DNA from: a virus
Direction: 5' to 3' (one strand)
Virus record (IMG/VR): IMGVR_UViG_3300015263_000627
Length of the DNA stretch: 64,000 nt
In this document: positions 54,065-63,835 of the stretch, piece by piece
Numbering within the stretch: position 1 is the stretch's first letter
How the letters are laid out: each line of letters opens with the position of its first letter
The notes under the pieces: model-generated
What the model saw: the letters and a program-made list of their open reading frames with translations, nothing else
Databases searched by the model: none
Told to the model about the DNA's origin: nothing
Made by a program: the position numbers and the translations under genes

Positions 54065-54682
54065 ATGATTACTCCAAACGACACATTACAATTATACACC
54101 GCTCTTAAATTGCATTTCTCAACCGAGCAATACGATTACAATACATATCATGGAGGTTTGAAAAATCCCCCGAAATTTCACAAACGAAAGGATAAACATT
54201 TCTTTTCGTGGCTCTCTCGTAAGCCTGACCCCAAGGGGATTTTAATTGCCAATTTATCAAAAAATCCGAATATGTGGATCGGGGAAATCTTTTCGGACAA
54301 AGGAACCGAAATATATTTGGAATGGAAGAAACGGCAAGAAAGCCTGACCTACATATTCGAGGAAGAATATAATAAAATAGCCGATAAAATTCCCGGAGGA
54401 TTGATTGTGCAAAAAGGACAACATCCTTCGGTATTGAAGGCTTATTTACAAGGTAAAATATCCTTGGATACCCTGACTATTCTGGATATTATATTGGGTT
54501 TTATGAAAAAATGGGATTATCATTTGAATCATGATCCAGTTTGGCATTCAATTCGTGTTCCTTTGTTGAAATATCGTTCATTCATGCAGATTGATGTCAA
54601 GAAATTTACCAAATTATTTTTAAAATTGAGTCGAAAACATCATGATAAAGAATTACAAGAATTTTTCGAAAAAAAGACTTGA
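54065..54682 (+). CDS. 59: Helicase loader gp59
   Basis: Y.ALKLHF...YDY..Y.G...RKDK.FF...W.KR.ESL.Y.F...HP..LK.YL.G.ISL.TL. Confidence 0.88.
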   Translation: MITPNDTLQLYTALKLHFSTEQYDYNTYHGGLKNPPKFHKRKDKHFFSWLSRKPDPKGILIANLSKNPNMWIGEIFSDKGTEIYLEWKKRQESLTYIFEEEYNKIADKIPGGLIVQKGQHPSVLKAYLQGKISLDTLTILDIILGFMKKWDYHLNHDPVWHSIRVPLLKYRSFMQIDVKKFTKLFLKLSRKHHDKELQEFFEKKT

Positions 54683-54784
54683 CATTGATTGAGCCTTATG
54701 ATACACTAAATATTCAATCATAAATTATGTGTTTTTGAGAAGAAATATTGCGTATATTGCACACATAGAAAAAAGGAGAATACA

Positions 54785-55717
54785 ATGTCTTTCGCAGAAC
54801 TAAAAAAAGCATCCAAATCCGGCTCTTATTTCGAGTCTCTCAACCAAAAAATTAATGCTCTAATGAACCCCTCTCGTCAGAACGATGAAAGGGAATGGCA
54901 ACCAACCGCCGACAAGGCAGGTAATGGTTATGCTGTTATTCGTTTTCTTCCGACCCCGGAAAAAGATGAAATTCCGTTTGTTCGAGTATGGGATCATGGT
55001 TTCAAGGGACCGGGAGGTTGGTATATTGAAAAATCGCGGACTTCGCTTGGTCCTGATGAAGCCGATCCGGTAACGGAATATAATGCTATGCTGTGGAATA
55101 CTGGTAACAAAGAAGATCGTGAATTTGTTCAGGGTATTCCCGGTAATAAAGAACGTCCGGGTTCAAAACGCCGTTTGCATTTTTATTCTAACATTCTAGT
55201 TATCAATGATCCGGCAGTTCCGGCAAATAACGGTAAGGTCTTTATTTACCGTTATGGTAAAAAGATTTGGAATAAACTCAATAACATGATGAACCCCAAA
55301 GTTCCGGGATTGGATAAGGTTAATCCGTTCAATCTTTGGACCGGAGCAAACTTCAATCTTGTTATTGAACGAGTTGAAGGTCAACGTAGTTATGATCAAT
55401 CGAACTTTGACAAGCCTTCACCGGTTGCTGATACCGATGCCAAGATCGAAGCAATCTGGAAACAGACTTATTCCCTAAAGGAATTTGTTGATCCGGCAAG
55501 CTTCAAATCATATGATGAACTAAAGCGTAAGCTTGATCGTGTTCTTCGTCTTGGAACAAGAACGACAACAACTGTTGAGGCTGATTCTATTGCTCCGCAA
55601 TCATTCCCGAAAGAGGATGCTCCTACTCAAAAGGAAACAACTCCCCCATGGGATACATCCGATGATGATGACGATGAAAGCGAGTTGGCTAAATTTCGGC
55701 AGCTTGTAAATAAATAA
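54785..55717 (+). CDS. 32: ssDNA-binding protein gp32
   Basis: GNGYAVIRFLP, HGFKGPGGWYIE, GKKI, NPF..W.GANF, SYDELK and an acidic tail. Promoter TTGACA-N17-TACACT at 54680. Confidence 0.96.
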   Translation: MSFAELKKASKSGSYFESLNQKINALMNPSRQNDEREWQPTADKAGNGYAVIRFLPTPEKDEIPFVRVWDHGFKGPGGWYIEKSRTSLGPDEADPVTEYNAMLWNTGNKEDREFVQGIPGNKERPGSKRRLHFYSNILVINDPAVPANNGKVFIYRYGKKIWNKLNNMMNPKVPGLDKVNPFNLWTGANFNLVIERVEGQRSYDQSNFDKPSPVADTDAKIEAIWKQTYSLKEFVDPASFKSYDELKRKLDRVLRLGTRTTTTVEADSIAPQSFPKEDAPTQKETTPPWDTSDDDDDESELAKFRQLVNK

Positions 55718-55769
55718 ATAGTAAGACATATAGAAATGTCATTCCCGGCATGGTAAATATGTCGCGGAT

Positions 55770-55805
55770 CAGGGGCGGGGTCGAAATCCCCGCCCCTATT
55801 TTTAA
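55770..55805. terminator. Intrinsic terminator between gp32 and the convergent late operon
   Basis: AGGGGCGGGG-TCGAAAT-CCCCGCCCCT-ATTTTTT. Confidence 0.75.
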
Positions 55806-56266
55806 TATCGTCTATTATTGTAAGTTGAAAGATTAGCCAGCTTTTCCCTTGTCCGGGACCACGTATAAACTCCAATGATAGCTCCAAGGCTAACATGAAT
55901 TATTCCGCCCCCTTCTAAACTAATTGGGTGCCATTGCACATAAGGGGTATGAGTCAAAAAAGCAAACCAAAAAGTGAATATGGGAGCCGCTATGAAATCG
56001 AAACCGACTATACAGAAGTATAACCATGCCATAGCCGGACGCCAATGGTTAGTAAACCAATGCTCTGTTTGAACTGATGTTTCAGGATTAGAAACAGTTT
56101 CTACATCTGATAAAACAGATTCATATTGTGAACCATAATTGCTTCGTGGATAAGAACGATAATAATCTCCTCCTTCTCGCATATCATTATAACGCCCCGA
56201 AGAAGGGGAATAACGCGAAGAAATAGGACTAACTGATGGGTTTTCTATATCATCAATGCGACCCAT
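55802..56266 (-). CDS. Holin-like 2-3 TM protein
   Basis: WRPAMAWLY...P.F...W.P.SL..GG..H..LGAI.G...W.RT.EK. Confidence 0.6.
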   Translation of the reverse strand: MGRIDDIENPSVSPISSRYSPSSGRYNDMREGGDYYRSYPRSNYGSQYESVLSDVETVSNPETSVQTEHWFTNHWRPAMAWLYFCIVGFDFIAAPIFTFWFAFLTHTPYVQWHPISLEGGGIIHVSLGAIIGVYTWSRTREKLANLSTYNNRRY

Positions 56267-56292
56267 AATTATACCTCATGTTTATATGGTAT

Positions 56293-59200
56293 TTAGATCG
56301 CGCAAATTCCGCCGCCTCCATCCGGATTGCTTTTTTGATCCCCATAACCATCCGAACCCGGGGAAGGTCCCGCTGCTTCGGGATGATTGGTAGGCATTCC
56401 TGATATTGAACCATATCTTTCTGCCAACGATTGAGCATTACGGTCAATATCCTTGAATGGAACCGGATTGGTAACTTGTTTTCCCTGCATAGGAAAACTA
56501 CCATCTGCATTTCTTTGTTGATCAGTTCTTTTCCAAACGTCTTCAGTTTCGGCTTTTTGTTCCGGAGTTGGTTCAAGTTTTTTCCAATCACCTTTTACAT
56601 TTTCTTGTAATATAGCTTGTTCTTCAGGTTTTAAACTTGTTGCAGGTTGAGATGGACTTGGTTGTTGCATTGCATCGAAAACAGAAGCTACCCGTTCATT
56701 TGGAGATGTGAACAATTTAGCAAATGGTGACGGTTTCTGTTCCAATGCTCCAAATGCAGAATCTATACGTTCATTACGAACTGCTGTTGGTTGTTGTATT
56801 TGTTGATATGATGCCCGAGAAAATTCTGCATATGCTACTTGTGGTCTATCTCTCAAACCAAACCATTGAGGTGCCATTTTTCGTCTAGCAATTTCAAATG
56901 CTCTTGGATCACCTGATTTTAGGGCGGCATATTCAGCCGGATATTTTCTACTCAAGTATTCATGCATTGCTAAAGTTTGTTGTTCATACGTAGAAGTTCC
57001 GCCGCGCCCTCCACCGTTTAAATGTTTAGCAATTTCAGGATCAACACCCAATCTAATAGCATCATCAACATCCATAGCATTGGTTTGATAAAAACCATAA
57101 TCTGCCCCTCGTTGTCCATAAGCAGCAACGTTTTTATTATTGTAGGATTGATTCATACGGTCAGAATATGCTTCCCTTCTATTGAAGCTAGATTCTGTTG
57201 CTCCAATACCCCGAACAAAAGCTAATTGATTTGGATTTATATCGGATAATTTTTCAGATTGTTGTCTTGGTTGTGAAGGAGTATAATCTGTTCCTTGTAT
57301 TAAATGTCCCCGAGATTGTTGTTCTCTCCTAATTTCTAAACGTTCTTCCGGACTCATTCTACCTGTTCCGGGTGGAAGACCCAAAATAGATGCTCCTTGA
57401 GCATTTAAACCAGTATTATAATTACCAAATCCTGCTTGACCGGTTGGGTCTTTCCAACTACCCCAATCAGTATGCATCCAATCAAAAGCAACTCCCCCCC
57501 TAAAAAATCCTCCTGATCGAACATTCAAATTAGGATATAATGCTTCTTGAGCAACTTTATTATAATTCTGATATTCCATATACAACTTGGCAATTTCAGG
57601 TGGAATCTTTCCTTTATTGGGTAAAGATTTGCCTGTTTTCTTATCATATATTTGAATATCAACTGCCCCGCCAACCCCCGGTTCTAAACCCATTTTTCTT
57701 CCACTATGTAATTCATAACCCCCGGCTCGATAACCTGAAATAGTTCGAATACCATATTCAGGATGTTTTTCCATAAACATCCGGGAACCTTCAGAAACAA
57801 TTCGTTGAAGTCGAGGATCAACTCGTCCTCCCCCGCTTTTATCCAAATTAATTCCGGGTAATTTTCCTTCGGGTGATTGTTCACCAGTTGGACCTATCCC
57901 GCCCCCTCCTGTTCCCGGTCCTGTATAACCACCAGTTGAGGGTTCACCCATTCTTTCTAAGGGACTAATAGGACGTTTTCCTGATTCATCAAATTGAGGT
58001 AATGGGGCATTCGATGAACCAAATCCAAAATATCCTTTCAATTTTTCCAATAAAGATGGAGATGTTTCAGGTTCACCGCTAGGACGTTGTGTTTGTCGTA
58101 TAGCATCAAAAGTCATTCCGGTAAAGCTAAGAGTTTTAACATCCAAATCAAGTTCATCAGCCGTAATTTTCAAAAATCTTCCTTCCAAAGAAATATTATT
58201 TGTAGCTTTTAATTCTATAGATTCTTGGGATGTTAAATTGATATTACGTTTTTCAATATCAATATCAGGTTGTGATGTCAAGATTGAATCAGGTAGAGCA
58301 TTCTCAGCCGTTGGGGGTTTTGATTGAGCATTCTCCAGATCAAGAATTTTGACCGGCGAATACATAACTGGTTTAGCATGTTGCGGAATAGCATCTTCTT
58401 CTTGTTGTTCCAGACTACCTTTATAAAATGGATTGAGATATTGATACCATGGCTTTTTCTTTTTTTCAGGCGGGGGAGGTTCTGTAACAGGAACAGCATT
58501 AAAACCCTTGCTCCAATCTTCAAGTGATCCAGAGTCCTTTTCTCCCGAAAGGGGTTGTATAACCGGTTTCTCAATAGGTAATGGAATATTCGGTTTCTGA
58601 ATAGAAATTTGTGGTTCAATTGTCTTGGTTTTCGGAGTAATAGGAACAGCATCAGGAATTTTTTCATTATCCATTATCTCTCGTAACTGTTTGGGAGATT
58701 TAGTTAACAAATCCCAATACCCAAAACGTTTTCTCATATCTTCGGGTAATGAAAACATTGTCCCATATTTTTTTTCTTGTTCTTCTTTTTGTTCATTTTT
58801 TTTCTTAAAATTTTCATCATGAACATCATTTCCAGTAACAACATCCCACATTGAAGAAATCATCTTATTATAAGGAGATTTTTTTTCAAAAGCTTGAATT
58901 TCTTCATCAGACCATCCTCTTTTTTTCAAATCTAATGCAGTATCTTTATTTTGAAATTCTTCCCAAGCTTTCTTTCTTTGTTCAGGTGTCATTTTTAGCC
59001 ATTGATCATCCGTAATCTTTTGATCCGATCCAGTTCTAAAATGATAAGGATTTTGTTTTTTTAACCACATAAGAGCAGCAATACTTGCAACAGTAGCTCC
59101 ATTAAGAAGTGATGATGCAAATCCTGCTAATCCTAACCCTGCTCCTGCTAATGCCAATGGTGAAATTCCACCGCCGCTACTCCCCGACATGTTTCTTATT

Positions 59201-59778
59201 TGATCTTCAAGGTCAGCAAGTTTTTTTCTCAATTCAGCCTTATCAATATCATCCTGAAGTGTTTTTTTATCTCCTAATGTCGATTGAACTTCAAGAACTT
59301 TTAGACGATCCTGTAAATCTTCATATTCATGTAACATATGATGAAATTGATTAGTTACATTTTGAGCATGTTCATCAAACTTGATCGCAACTCGATCAAA
59401 TCCCATTTTTACATGGTCAGTCAAAGCAACAAATCCTTGATTTAGTATTTGAATAGCTTCATCTGGATGTTGATCCGGATCAAATCGACTTGACGTTGCT
59501 TGTCGAATAGCATCCTCTAATTGAGGATTGGCGGGAATTTGAAATTCTTCAACCCCGGATGCTTCTCCAAGATTTCCTTTGTTGGAAACTTGGGGTGTTT
59601 TGGGAGATTCGGCGGAAATTTGATGAGGAGATACACTAATATGGGAAGCATCAACTCCCAAGCCTCGCATAAAACCCCCAATGCCTTTGAACAAAACATC
59701 AGCAACCGCCCGGGTCTTCACAAACCGTTCTTTAGGTTCGTTGATTGGATTTCTTGGAGGATTTTTTGGATCAGCCAT
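56293..59778 (-). CDS. Baseplate hub / tape-measure-like protein (gp29 position) with M15-like peptidase and lysozyme-like domains
   Basis: Position after gp26/51. VDPRL...TISGYR...H.GR...AVDI...W.H.D; L..I...ES...YG.YQ...QQ..AM...QW.GL. Confidence 0.7.
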   Translation of the reverse strand: MADPKNPPRNPINEPKERFVKTRAVADVLFKGIGGFMRGLGVDASHISVSPHQISAESPKTPQVSNKGNLGEASGVEEFQIPANPQLEDAIRQATSSRFDPDQHPDEAIQILNQGFVALTDHVKMGFDRVAIKFDEHAQNVTNQFHHMLHEYEDLQDRLKVLEVQSTLGDKKTLQDDIDKAELRKKLADLEDQIRNMSGSSGGGISPLALAGAGLGLAGFASSLLNGATVASIAALMWLKKQNPYHFRTGSDQKITDDQWLKMTPEQRKKAWEEFQNKDTALDLKKRGWSDEEIQAFEKKSPYNKMISSMWDVVTGNDVHDENFKKKNEQKEEQEKKYGTMFSLPEDMRKRFGYWDLLTKSPKQLREIMDNEKIPDAVPITPKTKTIEPQISIQKPNIPLPIEKPVIQPLSGEKDSGSLEDWSKGFNAVPVTEPPPPEKKKKPWYQYLNPFYKGSLEQQEEDAIPQHAKPVMYSPVKILDLENAQSKPPTAENALPDSILTSQPDIDIEKRNINLTSQESIELKATNNISLEGRFLKITADELDLDVKTLSFTGMTFDAIRQTQRPSGEPETSPSLLEKLKGYFGFGSSNAPLPQFDESGKRPISPLERMGEPSTGGYTGPGTGGGGIGPTGEQSPEGKLPGINLDKSGGGRVDPRLQRIVSEGSRMFMEKHPEYGIRTISGYRAGGYELHSGRKMGLEPGVGGAVDIQIYDKKTGKSLPNKGKIPPEIAKLYMEYQNYNKVAQEALYPNLNVRSGGFFRGGVAFDWMHTDWGSWKDPTGQAGFGNYNTGLNAQGASILGLPPGTGRMSPEERLEIRREQQSRGHLIQGTDYTPSQPRQQSEKLSDINPNQLAFVRGIGATESSFNRREAYSDRMNQSYNNKNVAAYGQRGADYGFYQTNAMDVDDAIRLGVDPEIAKHLNGGGRGGTSTYEQQTLAMHEYLSRKYPAEYAALKSGDPRAFEIARRKMAPQWFGLRDRPQVAYAEFSRASYQQIQQPTAVRNERIDSAFGALEQKPSPFAKLFTSPNERVASVFDAMQQPSPSQPATSLKPEEQAILQENVKGDWKKLEPTPEQKAETEDVWKRTDQQRNADGSFPMQGKQVTNPVPFKDIDRNAQSLAERYGSISGMPTNHPEAAGPSPGSDGYGDQKSNPDGGGGICAI

Positions 59779-59956
59779 TATTCTTTCTCTTTTCTTCTTC
59801 TAATTCTGCCAAATATTGTTGCAACATATCGATGTATATTTCACGTTCAAAGGGAATCAAATTCTCCAAAGATTCAATATCCCATTTATGATGTTGTGCC
59901 AATGCAAAATTCCACCTATAATAAGTCTGTAGATTAGTATAGGTTACCGAAGCATA
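59771..59956 (-). CDS. 51: Baseplate hub assembly protein gp51-like (no upstream start; probably reached by -1 frameshift from gp26)
   Basis: YYRWNFALAQHHKWDIESLENLIPFEREIYIDML. Confidence 0.8.
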   Translation of the reverse strand, partial: YASVTYTNLQTYYRWNFALAQHHKWDIESLENLIPFEREIYIDMLQQYLAELEEEKRKNNG

Positions 59957-60672
59957 AAAAAATCATTTAGCGTCGAGAGTGTAATCTTCCTCTGATTTCC
60001 ATTGTCATTTACATAGTCAATTTCATATTTCATAATTGGAAGATGGATGAAAAAATCCCGTATCTGATTATATGCTTCAATTGGTAATTCATTCAACCAT
60101 TCGGCTCTTTTTTCATTAGGTAGAAACTTGGCATCGATTACCCCGGTTCCATTGTGAATTTTAGAAAGACAACGTATTGCCAATTCTTCCAAAGCCTTTT
60201 CACCCGACAAATTCAAGAATGCCTTATCGTCATATAGACTAATGTTAGGATATTTCAAAATCAAACTGATATTATCATCAACGATAATTTTCGAATAATC
60301 CTTATCAGGAAATACAACCTTTACATCATCAAGGTTTATTTCAAATTCCCGACTCTTTCCATCTTCAGTATCTTGGAATGTCAATTTGATCTTGTTTCCA
60401 ATTGATATTGAACGAATACGCAGGAACAGATATTCCAAGTCGAATAACGCCAAAGTATTGAACCGTTCACTATTCACATCAAGCAAACAATTATTGACTA
60501 TTTGTTTTATTGATAGAAGAATTTCTCCGGGATCGCCCCCTTCCTTGGCGATCAACAGTATCTTTTCTTCACGCGCCCGCATAGGACGGACCTTTATTTT
60601 TGTCTTACTTGATGGTATTTCTGCATCAAATATTGGAAGATTTACTTTAGGTAAATTTACTTGAACATTCAT
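59944..60672 (-). CDS. 26: Baseplate hub subunit / tail assembly chaperone gp26-like
   Basis: LPK..LP......PS....I..RP...REEKILL.A...FDLEYLFLRIRS.SIG...L.DFF. Confidence 0.88.
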   Translation of the reverse strand: MNVQVNLPKVNLPIFDAEIPSSKTKIKVRPMRAREEKILLIAKEGGDPGEILLSIKQIVNNCLLDVNSERFNTLALFDLEYLFLRIRSISIGNKIKLTFQDTEDGKSREFEINLDDVKVVFPDKDYSKIIVDDNISLILKYPNISLYDDKAFLNLSGEKALEELAIRCLSKIHNGTGVIDAKFLPNEKRAEWLNELPIEAYNQIRDFFIHLPIMKYEIDYVNDNGNQRKITLSTLNDFFMLR

Positions 60673-60689
60673 TTCATTACTCCATTAAG

Positions 60690-61394
60690 TTAGTCACCGA
60701 TATCTTGTCTCGCTCCCAAGCTTGCTTGCATTGGTAGATTGAATTGATACCAATCGGTAAATTGCATTATTACATTAAATCTAGCCGGTCCTCCTACATC
60801 AGCCCAATCATGACGTTGATCGGATACTGCAACCGGAAATGCTTGTCGCATAATAATTCGAAGAATTTCTTCGCCAGTATCAACAAAGGCACTGACTGTT
60901 GCTGTATCTACTGTATAATCATCCGGATAAGCAACTTCATAGGCTTGTTGATATCCTCCTCCCCCACTAATTCCAGATATTTGGTTTCCCGGAGAATCAA
61001 TACCATCTTTCAAATTGAATGGAATTATCAAATTTATCCATTGATTGAAAAAGGTGCGACTTGCTCCTAAACCATCAGCCGTAAAGGTTATTTGCAAGGG
61101 AGTGAAAGCCGGGGAATAAGGACGTTTGACCGCTACTCCATAACCATAACGCATTGTATCATGGGTAACCAGAATAGCTCCGGGAACAGCCGCCGCCGAA
61201 GCCCAAAATTGCAAGTTTCGAGCAGCATTAGTCGGAAAGGCTCCCCGATTTACCAATCCTTGCGGAACAGTTGTTGAAAACATCCATTTAGTCGGCTTGA
61301 GGATATCCGCTTCCCCAAGAATTGAGCGAAATCGCCCAATATCGAAGCCATATAATTCATCCCGGGATTGAGGGGGTTTGTGATATTCTGCCAT
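60690..61394 (-). CDS. Tail tube-like / baseplate tube initiator (gp54/gp19-like)
   Basis: A.VPG....T...YG.....PY...F..L.ITF...FF..W...I...Y..DY...AFP..V; synteny. Confidence 0.72.
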   Translation of the reverse strand: MAEYHKPPQSRDELYGFDIGRFRSILGEADILKPTKWMFSTTVPQGLVNRGAFPTNAARNLQFWASAAAVPGAILVTHDTMRYGYGVAVKRPYSPAFTPLQITFTADGLGASRTFFNQWINLIIPFNLKDGIDSPGNQISGISGGGGYQQAYEVAYPDDYTVDTATVSAFVDTGEEILRIIMRQAFPVAVSDQRHDWADVGGPARFNVIMQFTDWYQFNLPMQASLGARQDIGD

Positions 61395-61417
61395 TTAGGT
61401 TCCGTTGTTTATTATAT

Positions 61418-62185
61418 TTAGGGTCGTTTTTTGATTCCCCGTATAATATCAAGGGAATCGTTCCAAACTCGAAGCTGGTCAGCCTTGACAAATCGAGCCA
61501 AAGGCAGGGTCAAAACCATATCCCATTGGCTTGGATGAACATTGATTTTGACGCTCCGAATATGGGAAGTTAGATATCGTTTGATGCAAGGTTTGAATGC
61601 CTTGAATTGAGCCGCCCCCTTGAGAATTTCATAGTTGATACGCAAACGAGTTGTGGCGTCCATGGCTTGATTATTCAATGTTGTATATAATTCATCCATC
61701 AACAATGCCCGATGATAAGGCGGAAGATAATGCAGATTGATCCCCAAAAATCCATCTTCCTTGAGAGATATGGGAAATACCAAGGGGAATGTATCATAAT
61801 AGGGAAGTTTTTCCTTGGTTTTTGGATCATAAATGAACATGACCATATCCCCGGCATGAACTGGAGCATTGATAACAGCCGAGGGTAATTTGGATTCGGC
61901 AAGTTCCTTGGTAGTCAAGGTTCGCGAACGAGTCTTGAGAGTTCCTTCGGTAGCTTCCCCAATTACATTGCGAGGTTCCACGGTTGAAATGCCCGATGAC
62001 TTGACCGCTTCGGCGGTTGCCTTTCGGGTTGCCCGAGCTTGTTGCAACAACCATGACATTGACCGAGCCGATGTTTCGAAAGGAATGCCCAAACCCTTGG
62101 CAAACCCCGAAACAGCTTCGGTAGCTATTTTGGCAATACCCCGGGTATTGATTGAATTGAGCAGATCGCGAAATGTTGTTGCCAT
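61418..62185 (-). CDS. 2: DNA end protector gp2
   Basis: MFIYDPKTKEKLPYYDTFPL...GFLGINLHYLP...CIKRYL.SH. Confidence 0.9.
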   Translation of the reverse strand: MATTFRDLLNSINTRGIAKIATEAVSGFAKGLGIPFETSARSMSWLLQQARATRKATAEAVKSSGISTVEPRNVIGEATEGTLKTRSRTLTTKELAESKLPSAVINAPVHAGDMVMFIYDPKTKEKLPYYDTFPLVFPISLKEDGFLGINLHYLPPYHRALLMDELYTTLNNQAMDATTRLRINYEILKGAAQFKAFKPCIKRYLTSHIRSVKINVHPSQWDMVLTLPLARFVKADQLRVWNDSLDIIRGIKKRP

Positions 62186-62231
62186 TGATTGTCCGAATAA
62201 ATAATGATATAATATTTAGAACAGGATAAAA

Positions 62232-62675
62232 ATGCAAGGTTTTTTTCGTCCCAAAAATCCCGACAAATATAAAGGAAATCCAACCACCATAGTATTTCGT
62301 AGCAGTTGGGAGTTCATCGCTATGCGTAGTCTGGATATCAATCCCAAGATCAAAACATGGTCGTCAGAGGAAATAATCATTCCTTATCGATCCCCCTTGG
62401 ATAACCGTATCCATCGTTACTTTCCCGATCTTTATGTAGAAACCATTGATGGCAACAAATATTTGATTGAAATCAAGCCGAATAACCAGCAACAAGCTCC
62501 TGTTCTAACCGAAACCAAGCGGCATAAACCAACCAAGAAATATTTGAGGGAAAATATCGAATGGATAAAAAACAATGCCAAATGGGAAGCCGCCAAGGCT
62601 TATTGTGAAAACCGAGGCTGGAACTTCCGAATATACGGGGAAGACGAGCTAAATATTCAAAGAAAAAGGAAATAA
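62232..62675 (+). CDS. 4: Head completion nuclease gp4
   Basis: G.F.PKNP.KY.G....I..RSSWE...WSSEE..IPY.SP.D...HRYFPD...EIKP. Confidence 0.95.
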   Translation: MQGFFRPKNPDKYKGNPTTIVFRSSWEFIAMRSLDINPKIKTWSSEEIIIPYRSPLDNRIHRYFPDLYVETIDGNKYLIEIKPNNQQQAPVLTETKRHKPTKKYLRENIEWIKNNAKWEAAKAYCENRGWNFRIYGEDELNIQRKRK

Positions 62676-62676
62676 C

Positions 62677-63732
62677 ATGGTTGATCAATCCGCTGTTGAT
62701 ATCTCGTCGGCTCCAAGTCAGCCGGTTGTGAATCAAGCCCCAAGAGTAAGCTTCATCAATCCGGGACCAGCCCCGGCTGATAAAATTGAACGAGCAAAAA
62801 TCAATACAAGTCTAATTACTCAACTTCAATTTCCCGAAGAAAGAATCAAGTATTATATACAATTAGAAATCATGGATTATATTTCGGGTGGGGGAAATGC
62901 TGGTCGTTTCAATCAAGCCTTATCAATTACCGATACAATAGTTCTTCCCCTTCCGGATTCACTTCGGGATCATTTATCGGTTGATTGGTCTGAAGCTAAT
63001 ATTTTGCGTGATGTTTTTCAAGCGGCGGGAGCTATAGCGGGGGGAACCGCAATGATGTTGGCGGGAGGAGCCAAAGACGTTTCAACAGCCATGGCTGGAG
63101 CAACAACATTAGGGGGAGCAGCGGGAGTTGTTGGAGGTCTTACCTATGCGGGTGGTATTCTGGCTAGACTAAGCGGTATTGCTCCGAACCAGTTTCTTAC
63201 AATTCTATTGAACGGTCCCAAATACAAGCAACATGATTATCAATGGACCCTTGCTCCCAAAACACCATCCGAAGCTGAAAAATTGCGGCGCATTATCCAG
63301 ATATTGAATAATCGTATGTCGCCTGCTTTATCTAATATTCATCCATTAGGAGATACCATTGGGGGTCTATGGTGGAATTTTCCAAGTATTTTCAAAATAA
63401 CGTTCATGCCTAATGAGAAATATCTATTCGAACATAAACCCGCTGTATTGGCTAATTTTGCCATTGATTATGCGGGAGGTCATGTTCCGTCATTTTTGCG
63501 AGCCGATTCTCAAACCGAAAATTTGAACCCTCCCGAAGCTGTTCAATTGCATATGCAGTTTCTTGAAATCGAATATTGGAAAAACGGGGATTTTGGTTCC
63601 AAATTCGGAACAGCCGAAGGAACATCAACGGCTCCGGATGTAGGTCAACGAATCCTCAACGATTTGCAAATTTTCCGTGAAAGAAATGAACCAAACGGGA
63701 ACGTTCCTGGCCCAGCCCCAACCATAACGTAA
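62677..63732 (+). CDS. 48: Baseplate tail tube cap gp48
   Basis: I.LPLP..L.D...V.W...N....F.GP..K.H...W.L.PK...E...I...FP..F.I. Confidence 0.8.
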   Translation: MVDQSAVDISSAPSQPVVNQAPRVSFINPGPAPADKIERAKINTSLITQLQFPEERIKYYIQLEIMDYISGGGNAGRFNQALSITDTIVLPLPDSLRDHLSVDWSEANILRDVFQAAGAIAGGTAMMLAGGAKDVSTAMAGATTLGGAAGVVGGLTYAGGILARLSGIAPNQFLTILLNGPKYKQHDYQWTLAPKTPSEAEKLRRIIQILNNRMSPALSNIHPLGDTIGGLWWNFPSIFKITFMPNEKYLFEHKPAVLANFAIDYAGGHVPSFLRADSQTENLNPPEAVQLHMQFLEIEYWKNGDFGSKFGTAEGTSTAPDVGQRILNDLQIFRERNEPNGNVPGPAPTIT

Positions 63733-63835
63733 TAATCCATGGAAACATATTCATTAGGTCCTCAACAATATAAAAGAACTAAAGAACATTCAGCCAAATT
63801 ATGGGAATCAAGACGAAGAAAAAAGGAGTTAATTA

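Noticed and set aside
1079-55717. Group I introns or inteins in nadV, map, gp59 or gp32
   Set aside because: The reading frames are continuous and of normal length, and no intron core or intein C/HN motifs were seen.
349-63000. Antisense ORFs inside long genes (e.g. 664-981, 37208-37816, 41180-41614, 58278-58667)
   Set aside because: They lie fully opposite motif-supported genes, which is typical of codon-bias shadows.
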